A DNA stretch of 64,000 nt, taken from Leucoraja ocellata (lineage: Eukaryota). Location: assembly GCA_036785375.1 (NCBI GenBank), contig JAWMAR010000255.1, positions 1,550,001 through 1,614,000 on the forward strand, in the 5' to 3' direction. A model generated the notes under the pieces. The model made no database searches. It was not told the origin of the DNA and saw only the letters and a program-made list of their open reading frames with translations. Shown here in pieces: positions 27,598 through 37,524 of this stretch; the first letter of the stretch is position 1, and each line of letters starts with the position of its first letter. A program made the translations under genes and the position numbers.

Positions 27598-27988
27598 CTC
27601 CTCACCTCATTGGTAGAGAAATTATCGGAGGAGGATTCTTGGGTAGATTCTCTCTACTTCCTTTTGGAACGAGACACTGGCTAAATTAGTCTACGTCAGA
27701 CAAGCTTTATATTACAACTGTTCCAAAAATAAAACTGTCACTTGATCTTAAAGTACATCAAAAATGAGATGTCGAGAGGTTATGAAAACCCTAATATTTT
27801 TGATAGTAAAGAATAATCTCTGATAAACAAATAATTTTGAGGCTCCTTGACAGGATCATTTAAATTTCAGTGAAAAAACTGTTCCCTCCTTTGCACCACA
27901 AGCTTAAGCTCCCAAGCCTTATGTTTTCTAATGTCTACTCTTGTTTTACGTTATAAAAAAAAACCAGAAGTACAACCACTAATCAATT

Positions 27989-28126
27989 CTTCTTCTTGCG
28001 TATGGCGTGCACAGCCTAAAGTTGTAGGACAACTTGTTCTATTTGATCTTATTTGATTGTGCAAACCGGGTTGATTGCATTTGTCGAAACAGGGCTGACC
28101 ACGTGAAGGTTGCAATCTCCCACCCC
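27989..28126 (-). mobile_element. Short non-autonomous retroelement (Vingi/Ingi-type SINE or internally deleted derivative) with a 5' HDV-like ribozyme and a (GAA)n tail
   Basis: Flanked by the direct repeat (cc)actaatcaatt at 27976-27988 and 28125-28137. The 3' end reads ccatacgcaagaagaag. Confidence 0.8.
28073..28126 (-). ncRNA. Minimal HDV-like self-cleaving ribozyme fold
   Basis: GGGGUGG GA GAUUGCA ACC UUCACGU GGU CAGCCCU G UUUCGA C AAA UGCAAUC. P1 has 7 positions with a G1-U wobble and one G-A mismatch, P2 is a perfect 7 bp, P3 is ACC/GGU, L3 is 7 nt and J4/2 is CAAA. Confidence 0.75.
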
Positions 28127-28232
28127 ACTAATCAATTAAATAATATCCACAATTAAATTGAAACGGTGAACTTCAGAATAACTAATTTTGAGCTATATTG
28201 GCATTGGGAACACCCAGTTATTAAACTTTACA

Positions 28233-28436
28233 CAAAAATGCTGGAGAAACTCAGCTGGTGCAGCAGCATTTATGGAGTGAAGGAAATAGGCGACGTTTCG
28301 GGCCGAAACCCTTCTCTGGTTTCGGCCTGAAACGTCGCCTATTTCCTTCGCTCCATAGATGCTGCTGCACCCACTGAGTTTCTCCAGCATTTTTGTGTAC
28401 CTTCGATCTTCCAGCATCTGCAGTTCCTTCTTGAAC
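28233..28436 (+). mobile_element. Penelope-like inverted-repeat element with an unpaired 3' tail
   Basis: Inverted arms of about 85 bp meet at the hammerhead remnant, followed by a ~35-nt tail. 13-bp TSD attaaactttaca at 28220-28232 and 28437-28449. Confidence 0.8.
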
Positions 28437-29591
28437 ATTAAACTTTACATCACTGAATACTACAGAGTTGCCACAAAAACAAATAATTCATTGACATGTT
28501 ACTCTCTGTGCACTTACATTTGATTCCATTCTTCAAAAACATGATGTAATAGGAGATAGTTAATTGAAGACTTCATTGTTTTTAATTTGTCAATTTCCCC
28601 AACTATAAATAGATATCAACATGTGATTGTTCAATGTAACATTACAGATCAATGAATATACAACTCTGAAGAAAATCTAAAACTGAAATGGCAATTATCA
28701 TTTCAGAGATTAATAAATATTCTAAAGAGCTGACAGCATCAACCCTGTTTTCTCTGAATTTGTAAAAACTATTGTTCTGCACTATGTTCTGTTCTTTTTG
28801 CAGTACCTGTTATATTTGTGTACAGTTTAATTGTTGTCATGCTTGGTGTGATTTGCACATTAAAAAGGTTTTCACTGTATCTCAGTACACATGATAATAA
28901 TAAGCAGATACCAATGCCAGTAGTGAGGCATGACCAAAAACAACACATTTATTTTGGAAAATAATGGAAAAGCACTTTAAATTAACTCTGGACAGCACTA
29001 CTTTAGAACCATTAAGTACCAATGAAATGGAGTTGCCAATGTAACACTAGAAACACAGCAGCTAATTGGTCTGCAGCAAGATCCTATAAGCAGCAAGGTG
29101 ACACAATCAGATAACCAGTTTTCAGGGATTTAGGTTGAGCATTAACAATTAAGTCCAGGACACCAAGTCAAAATAGTACCATCAACATGCAAAGAGCAGA
29201 GGATTGCATCTAACAGCCAGCACGCTCCACCAGCATCACACTCTCTCTGCCATACCCCCCTCCTGCAGTGCGATATTCCCACAACATTGCCTGGGTCCAT
29301 TTAGTCCACCATGTTACTGCCCCTGCGTAGCTCCACTTTCCTCTCCCAATCCACAGAGTGCCACACTCCCTCAGTGCTGATTCTCTGCATTAACAATGTT
29401 ATGCCTGCATGGCCACACTCCATCAAGACCAAAGAGCTTAGAGCTTGTCCACTCCGACCCCCTCCCCTTTCCCCAAAATGCAATGGGTTTTCCAGGAAGA
29501 CACTCCTGCACTCCCACGCTATCACACGCAATGCAAAGTTCCAACGCCATTGTCACCCCGTGCAACCGCCTGATAGTACCATGATCGCTAG

Positions 29592-29848
29592 ATAGATAAA
29601 AATGCTGGAGAAACTCAGCGGGTGAGGCAGCATCTATGGAGCGAAGGAAATAGGTGGCGTTTCGGGTTGTGACCCTTCTTCAGGCTGATGTGAGGGTGGG
29701 AAGAAGGGAGGCGGAGACAGTGGGCTGTGAGAGAGCTCGACCCAAAACGTCACCTATTCCTTCGCTCCATAGATGCTGCCTCACCCGCTGAGTTTCTCCA
29801 GCATTTTTATCTACCTTCGATTTTTCCAGCATCTGCAGTTCCTTCTTA
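29592..29848. mobile_element. Penelope-like inverted-repeat element with a spacer and tail
   Basis: Inverted arms. The minus strand reads CTGAAGAagggtcacaacccGAAAcgcc (core at 29677-29683, cleavage triplet mutated). Same tail as the other copies. Confidence 0.75.
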
Positions 29849-30089
29849 CGTACCATCCCTCCTCGCTACCCATCCTGCAGGGGTCACCCAATGCCCCGCC
29901 AGCAGGGAACACCCCCTCCCCCTTGAAATGCTGTGGAGGGGAGGGATTGAAGGGTTTCGGCCCGAAACGTTGCCTACTTCCTTCGCTCCATAGATGCAGC
30001 ATTTGTGTGTACCACCGAGGGATACCTCATCTCCTGCAGTGCCAACCTCCCTGCTTGGCTCTCTCTATAGTGCCACACTCCTGCCTCGC

Positions 30090-30250
30090 TGACCCTTCTG
30101 AAATGCTGTTCCCACCCTAACCCTCTTGCAATGTCACACTCCTTCCCCTACCCCCTTCTGCAATGTCACACTCCCTCCCCTACCCCCTTCTGCAATGCCG
30201 AGCGCCCTCCAGTAACTCTCTGCAATCCCAAACTCCTTCCACTACCCATT
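30090..30250. repeat. Degenerate tandem repeat with a ~32-bp unit (ccccttctgcaatgtcacactccttcccctac)
   Basis: Two clear units at 30121-30198 and further degenerate units on both sides. Confidence 0.6.
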
Positions 30251-30538
30251 CTCTCCCCTCCCCTGCACTGTAAGCCTGGCTGCACACTCAGCCAAGTGCC
30301 GGCATGAGCAAGGATAATGAACTGAATTGTGAGGACGGAGGGCAATCTTGGTAGTGGTCACTGTTCACTGGACATTGACGAGAAGGTCATGGCCCTGGCT
30401 TGTCCACCCCTGCCACAGTTGGCACCACGTGTCCCGCTAAGGAGCCACAGACACCGGCTTATTTCCTCTGCATCACCGTTCGCCTGAGGTTTTAATGCTA
30501 ACGGCAACACGTCCGCGCCACTTTGTCCGGCCGCTCAC

Positions 30539-30598
30539 CTTCAGCGCCAAGATCGCGCGCCGGTAGGCGGCGTTGGCCCTGGCCCTGAGCGCCGCCAT
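30539..30598 (-). CDS. PCCA: Probable PCCA (propionyl-CoA carboxylase alpha) coding exon 1, start of the mitochondrial transit peptide, MAALRARANAAYRRAILALK
   Basis: Kozak gcaATGG. Arg/Ala/Leu-rich peptide with no acidic residues. Phase-0 donor AAG|GTGAGC. Sits in a CpG island downstream of Zic2 copy B and co-oriented with it, as in vertebrate ZIC5-ZIC2-PCCA synteny. The gene name rests on synteny and exon shape. Confidence 0.68.
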
Positions 30599-30710
30599 TG
30601 CTGCCGTCCGACGTCACACCGCGGGGTGAGGGGCGGCCGCGAGCCAATCAGCCCACGCCGCGTGACGTCCCTGCCCGGCCCAGGCCGCAGCCCCGCCCAC
30701 CCGCTGCAGG
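30599..30710 (-). promoter_or_regulatory. CpG-island housekeeping-type promoter of the putative PCCA exon 1
   Basis: CRE-like GACGTCA at 30610-30616 and TGACGTC at 30663-30669, GC box at 30630-30636 and CCAAT at 30644-30648. Confidence 0.65.
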
Positions 30711-30735
30711 TTGCAATCACATTTGGGGCTGTCAA

Positions 30736-30925
30736 AGGTAGACACAAATGCTGGAGAAACTCAGCGGGTGCAGCAGCATCTATAGAGCGATGCTCCATAG
30801 GGGATTAAAGGGTTGGACAGGCTAGATGCAGGAAGATTGTTCCCGATGTTGGGGAAGTCCAGAACAAGGGGGTCACAGTTTAAGGATAAAGGGATAAAGG
30901 ATAAAGAAATCCTTTAGGACCGAGG
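30736..30925. mobile_element. Truncated Penelope-like repeat arm (30736-30800) followed by a short CR1 fragment
   Basis: tgctggagaaactcagcgggtgcagcagcatc, then ggttggacaggctagatgcaggaagattgttcccgatg, which matches the CR1 copies. Confidence 0.7.
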
Positions 30926-31164
30926 TGAGTGCTTATTACAAAAAGTGTAACTACTTGAAAAAGTGGGAGTGTACATGAAGATGTGTGTGACATTAACTGA
31001 GAACATGAGAACGTGGATGAATCTGTGAGTATTAGAAAGTGTAACAGAGAGATATATGAAAGGGGAGACGTAAGCGATTGGATATGCTTGAATTGGAGCA
31101 ACTCGGGTCAAGCAGCATCTGATGGGTGAAAGGAATTATCAATGTTTCAGTCTGAAGTGGTTGT

Positions 31165-31862
31165 CATGGTACACCAGTCATTGAAAGTAGGCATGCAGGT
31201 GCAGCAGGAAGTGAAGAAAGTGAATGGTATGTTACCATTCATGGCAAAAAGGATTTGAGTATAGGAGCAGGAGGTTCTACTGCAGTTGTACAGGGTCTCG
31301 GTGAGGCCACACCTGGGTATTGCGTACAGTTTTGGTCTCCTAATCTGAGGAAGGACATTCTTGCCATAGAGGGAGTACAGAGAAGGTTCACCAGACTGAT
31401 TCCTGGGATGTCAGGACTTTCATATGAAGAAAGACTGGATAGACTCGGCTTGTACTCGCTAGAATTTAGAAGATTGAGGGGGGATCTTATAGAATTACCA
31501 AATTCTTAAAGGGTTGGACAGACTAGATGTGCGAAGGTTGTTCCCGCTGTTGGGGAAGTCCAGAACAAGGGGTCACTGTTTAAGGATAAGGGAGAGATCT
31601 TTTAAGACCGAGATGAGAAAAACATTTTTCACACAATGAGTGGTGAATCTCTGGAATTCTCTGCCACAGAAGGTAGTTGAGGCCAGTTCATTGGCTATAT
31701 TTAAGAGGGAGTTAGATGTGGCCCTTGTGGCTAAAGGGGTCAGGGAGTATGGAGAGAAGGCAGGTACAGGAGTTGGATGATCAGCCATGATCATATTGAA
31801 TGACGGTGCAGGCTCGAAGGGCCGAATGGCCTACTCCTGCATCTATTTGCTATGTTTCTATG
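31165..31862 (+). mobile_element. 5'-truncated CR1 LINE (HER1-like) with 3' UTR and tail
   Basis: [59 protein letters not shown]. Ends in ctatgtttctatg. Confidence 0.92.
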
Positions 31863-31974
31863 AAGGAAATAGGCTGTCAATACTGGTCGTGCAGAGATCT
31901 GCATTGCCAGAGCACCTCTCACATCCTCAGCAAGACGGACCGCGCTTCACACCCAACAAAATATTTTAACTCGG

Positions 31975-32770
31975 TCTGAAGTCTCAGGGCCACGACCTGA
32001 AAAACGTCACCCATTCCTTCTCTCCAGAGATGCTGCCTGACCCATTAAGTTACTCCAGCATTTTGTGTCTACCTTCGGTATATTACCAGCATCTGCAGTT
32101 CCCTCCTATTCATTCCTTCTCTCTGGAGATGCTGCCTCTCCTGCTAAATGATTCCAAATATATGTTGTGTCTAACATTGGTGTAAACCAGCATCTGCAGT
32201 TCCTTCCTAGGCAAAATAGTTTAAGGAGTCCTCAGGGTTATATTGTAGAAGGCTATGTTTGTACATAAAGTGCTGGAATAACTCGGGAGAATCCAACTTA
32301 GATGGATGAAACGTTGCCTATTTCCTTCGCTCCATAGATGCTGCTGCACCCGCTGAGTTTCTCCAGCATTTTTGTGTACCTTCGATTTTCCAGCATCTGC
32401 AGTTCCTTCATAAACACGAAGAAACTACAGATGCTGGTTTGTACCGAAGGTAGATGCAAAGTGCTAAACTCAGCTTTTCAGACAGCGTCTCCTGAGGAAT
32501 ATGAACAGATGATGTTTCGGGCTGCGACCTTTCTTAGTCTGATCATTCTGAAGAAGAGTCCAAATCCGAAATGTCACCTATCCTTTTTCTCCAGAGATGC
32601 TGCCTGACCCGCTGAGATACTCCAGCACTTTGTGTATATCTTCAGTTTCAACCAGCATCTGCAGTTCCTTCCTCCACTTATCCATGTTCTCCAGAGATGC
32701 CACCTAGCCCGCTGTGTATACCCCAGCACTTTGTGTCCATTTGGGTAAACCAGCATCTGCAGTTCCTTAT
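31975..32770. mobile_element. Cluster of at least six Penelope-like repeat units, tandem and inverted
   Basis: Repeated ctccagagatgctgcc...ctccagca...ccagcatctgcagttcc units ending near 32102, 32208, 32409, 32670 and 32768, with hammerhead remnants at about 31976 and 32548. Confidence 0.75.
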
Positions 32771-33362
32771 TTCTACTTCTATGTCTGTACATGTTAAGCA
32801 AAAAATTGCAGATGGTGAAAGCAACAAATAAAAGCAGAAAAAGCTGGAAATGTTATGCAGCATATGTGGAGAGATAAATAAAATAATTTGATCATTATAA
32901 GTCATCAAAACAGAGTGCTTGTTTTAAAAAAGATTTTTGTTTTATGAATATGTGAACTAAATTTGGAATAAAAGCTGTAAATGGCATATGAATACAGTGC
33001 ACAGTTAATTGCTAAGAAGATCGGAAGAAAACTGCAGATTGAAGGGACGAAATCTTTGATGAAATTTGATGCAACATTATCCAAAGGGATGTGTTTTGTG
33101 AATGAGGCTCAGCCTAAACCATTGACCATTAAATTTAAGTTTAGCGGGATATAGGCCAAACGTGAGCAAATGGGACTAGCTTAGATGGATCATGTTGGTC
33201 AGCATGGACAAGTTGGGTCCAAGGACCTGTTTATGTGCTGTATAATTCTATTACTTATAAACAGGTCCTTGGTTGTAAATGGTTGTAAATGTTAACTGAT
33301 TCTCTCAATGGATGCTGCCTGACTTGCTGAGTATTTCCAGCATTTTCCAGTTTTACTGTATT

Positions 33363-33986
33363 ACTAGACCAAGTGAGACCCGTTGGATCCCACTTGTCCC
33401 CCAATGGCCAATGGGAGGCCTTGTCCCCCAACACAACCCATTCCCCAACGCAATATTCCACCACTCACCCATAGCCCCCACGGGAGGCCTGGTCCCCCAA
33501 CAGAATCCATTCCCCAATGCAATATTCCAACACTCACCCATAGCCGACAACTGCACAGGGGCTGCTTATTTTGCCTTGTGCATCCTCCCTCATTTTTAAA
33601 CTTTAAAAAATTGCAATTGCACTTGCTCGCTAGCAGAACTCAGTGTACTGTGACTTTAAAAAAATGGATTTGCACTTGCTAGCTAGCAGAACTCAGTGTA
33701 CTTGGATAGCAATCATGTTGTGAGCAGGACTACAATCCCATTGTGACATCACAGCTGTATCACAGGGAATTAGCAGTTATTTTTTTCCAAGTTTCTTCAG
33801 ATATTGGAACATTTTGATTAATAACTCAAGAAATAATGCATTAATTTTTCAGATAAGGTATTTTTTGAGATTGGGATAAATTTCTACAGGAATATGTAAA
33901 CATTTTACCCGTTAGAGCATTGGTTTTTTGGGCAGTATGATTATACACCCACACACATCCAAGATCAGAGTTTTATGTATATAGAT
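33363..33986. mobile_element. Probable non-autonomous Helentron/Helitron2-type (HINE-like) element
   Basis: Starts ACTAGacc...cccg and ends ttttatgtatatagat. Contains a duplicated unit at about 33411-33545 and a ~33-bp duplication at 33617 and 33670. Confidence 0.5.
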
Positions 33987-34671
33987 TGATTGTATTATTT
34001 GACGACAACAAAATCACAAGGTCATAGCTGCCATTTATTTATCTGTTTATCTCTTAAATGGAAACACTGAAACAGGATTAGCTTGGTCAAATGTTCAATG
34101 GTTGTTCTTAACTCAAATTTCCTGCTCAGTCCCAATTATTCTTAAACCATAGATAAGAACAACACAGAAATTGGCCCTTAGGCCCACCAACCACCCCAAT
34201 GACTATCTATACTTATCCTATTTGCCTGCATTATGCAAAATTCCATCTCCTCCCTTTCTCTCCAATCTCTCCTTGTAACTACATCCCTCAATTCCATGCA
34301 ATATCCTGGTGAATCTCTTCGGCATTACATCAGGTCACTCATGTCGACCTTCTGGAGCAGCCTATCATGCAGGATCTTGTCAAAAGCCTTACCAAACTCC
34401 ATAAAGTTCACTACACTTCTGCCCTGACCTCATCAATCTCTTTGGTTACATCTTTAAAAAAACTCAATTAGATTTGTGAGACGCAATATCTTGGGCACAA
34501 AACTGTGTTACCTCCTCCAAATCAGTCCCTCAGATTATTCTCTAACAACTGCCAGCTCAGCCTTAATCATTAATCTTAATCAACACTTAATGATCAAACA
34601 TCCAATTAAATTGACCGAGGGGTCAGTATTGGCACCAGGAAAGGCAACCTACTCTTCGCTAAAAGACTGTT

Positions 34672-34935
34672 TTCAAGAGTCAAGAGAGTTTATTGTTATG
34701 TGTCCCAGATAGGACAATGAAATTCTTGCTTGCTGCAGCACAACAGAATATAGTAGGCATAAATACAGATCAGATCAGTGTGTCCATATACCATAGAATA
34801 TATATATACACATAAATAAACAGATAAAGTGCAATAGGCTGTTATAGTACAGAGTTTGTTTGAAATGTTTAATAGTCTGATGGCTGTAGGGAAGAAGCTG
34901 TTCCTGAACCTGGATGTTGCTACCTTCTACCTGAA
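34672..34935 (-). mobile_element. Rex1/Babar-type LINE 3' end, separated from its body by nested insertions
   Basis: Tail repeat tcaagag. The sequence (ttcaggaacagcttcttccc on the minus strand) continues across ctgaa into 38778. Confidence 0.7.
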
Positions 34936-35106
34936 CATAGATACATAGAAAATAGGTGCAGGAGTAGGCCATTCGAGCCTGCACCGCCATTCAATATGAT
35001 CATGGCTGATCATCCAACTCAGTACCCCGTACCTGCCTTCTCTCCATACCCCCTGATCCCTTTAGCCACAAGGGCCACATCTAACTCCCTCTTAAATATA
35101 GCCAAT
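34936..35106 (-). mobile_element. CR1 LINE 3' end (continues at 38285)
   Basis: Reverse complement of the CR1 3' UTR at 31690-31862, with tail ctatgtatctatg. Confidence 0.9.
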
Positions 35107-37307
35107 TCTTCTTCGAGTCCGTTGCAATCTCAGATGTCGTTCTGCCAGTATCTGATGCAGGTCACAGCTGGTCGGGTCGGTTCAGCCAGGTCCTGGGGGC
35201 TGCACTGGGGGGCATTGTCACACTCCAGTAGGTGGGACATTGTCTGTTCTGCTCCACAGCTGCATGTGTCTTATGCCTGGTAGTTCCATGCTTTCATAAG
35301 TGCTTTGCACCTCCCCTGCTCCACTCGTAATCAATCTGTTGAGGGTCTTCCAGGTTGGCCATGAGAGGTCGTGCCCGCTGGCGAGGCATTCAGTCAGAGT
35401 GATTCCTCTCTCCATCCAGTCGTGGGCTCGTGTGTTGAGCTGGTTCCATTCATCTTTCCAGATGTTGGTCCTTGCTGTTTCTTTGGTTGTCTGGAGAGGT
35501 GGGACTGTCTGCAAGAAACTGGCTCTAGATTTCAGTCGGGGTGGAGGTGCTGTGTGTCCGTGCAGGGGGTGCCTGGTATCGATCTCCTGTGCTCTCCGCT
35601 CGTCTTGGGCGACGATGGATCATCTGATATGGGGGGGGGGGGGGCAATACCAGCTAGGGCATAGAGGCATGGGACTGGCGTTGTCTTTATGCATCCCGTG
35701 ATAATGCGGCAGGTGTCGTTCAGGGCTGTGTCAACCAGTTTGGTGTGGTGGGAGCGGCTCCAGCTTGAGCACGCGTATTCAGCTGTGGAGAAGCACAGGG
35801 CTAGGGCAGTTGCACGGATGGTTGGTGGATCAGCGCCCCACTTTGAGTTTAACAGTTTGCGCAGGATGTTGTTGCGAGTGTTGACCTTGGCTTTGGTGTT
35901 CTGAAGGTGGGTTTTGAAAGAGAGTGTCCTGTCGAGTGTGACTCCGAGGTACACAGGGTGGAAGTGGTTGGAGAGTTTGTGGCCATCCCATGAGACGCTC
36001 AGTTGTTTTCCTGCATCTCGATTTTTAAGATGGAAGCTGCATAGTTGGGTTTTTGATGGGTTGGGTTTCAGGTGGTTGTTATTGTAGTAGGTTGTCATCT
36101 CTTGGAGGGCGTTTACCAGGACAGACTCGATCTTCTGGAAGTTCTCCTGTTGGGTGGTGATGCAGAGGTCATCAGCATAGATGAAGCGGCGGCATTGTGG
36201 GGGAAGTGGTTGGTTGTTGGTGTAGATGTTGAAGAGGAGGGGGGCCAGTACGCTGCCTTGTGGTAGGCCATTCTTTTGGGTTTTCCATTTGCTCTTCTTG
36301 TCGTTTAGTTGAACGAAGAAGCGCCTGTTGTTGAGAAGGCTTTTGATGACTTGGCACAGGTCGAGGTCACCAGTCATGTCAAAACGTTTCCTGATCATGG
36401 TGCGGTGCTGGACAGTGTCGTAGGCAGCGGTGAGATCTATGAAAGCTGCTCCGGTGATGAGTTTGCACTCAAAACCGTCCTCAATGTGTTGGGTGAGGTT
36501 CAGTAGCTGCCCAGCACAGGAGCGGCCAGGGCAGAAGCCAGCTTGATCTTTAGTAAGCTTGGAGTCTATAAGTGGCATAAGGCGTTGGAGTAGTAGCCTC
36601 TCGTAGAGCTTGTAGGTGATGCAGAGGAGGGAAATAGGTCTGTAGCTCTTTGGGGATGATGGGTCCTTTCCAGGTTTGGGAATTGCGCCAGTCTTGGCCT
36701 TTCTCCATGCAGGTGGGGTTGTTTTCTGTGCCATGCATGAGTTCAGCATGGCTAGGAACCAGGTCTTTGCTTTATGTCCAAGGTGCTGTATAATTTCCGT
36801 CAGTATATCATCGATTCCTGCTGCTTTCCCAGGTTTCAGCATGCTCATTGCAGCTTCCAGTTCTTCTAGGTCGAAGGGCTTGGTGAGGGCGCTGGCTGGT
36901 TGTAGGCGGTCTGTTACCGCTGTCCGGCGGTATTCTCCTGTGGGTCTGCACCGATTTTGGCTACGACCGTTTGCCACCAGCTGTGCTGCAACTGAGTTTG
37001 CTGTGACTGTTGTGAGCGTGGGCGGTGTGGTATGGTCTTCACCGAGGCGGTGGATTGTGGCCAATGCCTTCCTGCTGTTATTGGTCATGTTGGTGTTTTC
37101 TATCAACTCCTTCCAGACTTGCCATCGGTCCTCCCCGACTGTGTTTAACAGGATCTCTCCGAGTTCCATGGTGGTGGAGGAGAAAGGGTCCTCGTGATAT
37201 GCCCTGTGGTAGGCTATCAGTAGATCGCTGGATGTTTCCGACAGCCCGGGGATGTACTCGGTCTGGCATCCTCTTGGTATATGTCGCCTGGCTGATCTTT
37301 TCAGCAG

Positions 37308-37524
37308 GTACACAAAATTACTGGAGAAACTCAGCGGGTGCAGCAGCATCTATGGAGCGAAGGAAATAGGCAACGTTTCGGGCCGAAACCCTTCAGTCTG
37401 AAGAAGGGTTTCGGCCCGAAACGTCGCCTATTTTCTTCGCTCCATAGATGCTGCTGCACCCGCTGAGTTTCTCCAGTAATTTTGTGTACCTTCGATCTTC
37501 CAGCATCTGCAGTTCCTTCTTGAC
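37308..37524 (+). mobile_element. Penelope-like inverted-repeat element inserted into the Vingi ORF
   Basis: Arms at about 37307-37393 and 37402-37490, tail at 37491-37523. TSD cttttcagcag at 37297-37307 and 37525-37535. Confidence 0.85.
37396..37428 (+). ncRNA. Minimal type I hammerhead ribozyme motif
   Basis: gt CUGAAGA a GGG uuucgg CCC GAAA C GUC gc. Both core boxes are present, with a 3-bp stem II, a palindromic ACGU stem III and a GUC triplet ending at 37425. Confidence 0.65.

Noticed and set aside
35121-35131. 11-nt match (gagattgcaac) between the Vingi 3' end and the ribozyme P2 strand of the SINE
   Set aside because: Too short. Similar ggttgcaatc words occur at about 18295 and 30709 with no surrounding fold.
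35532-37349. 605-aa ORF as an intact gene with its own start
   Set aside because: Its first ~14 residues come from the inserted palindromic element. The rest is Vingi RT and frameshifts at a C-run near 35640.
28233-37524. Recurrent palindromic repeats read as CRISPR, REP or terminator structures
   Set aside because: Vertebrate DNA, irregular spacing, no spacers or cas genes. The copies have TSDs and fit a retroelement family.
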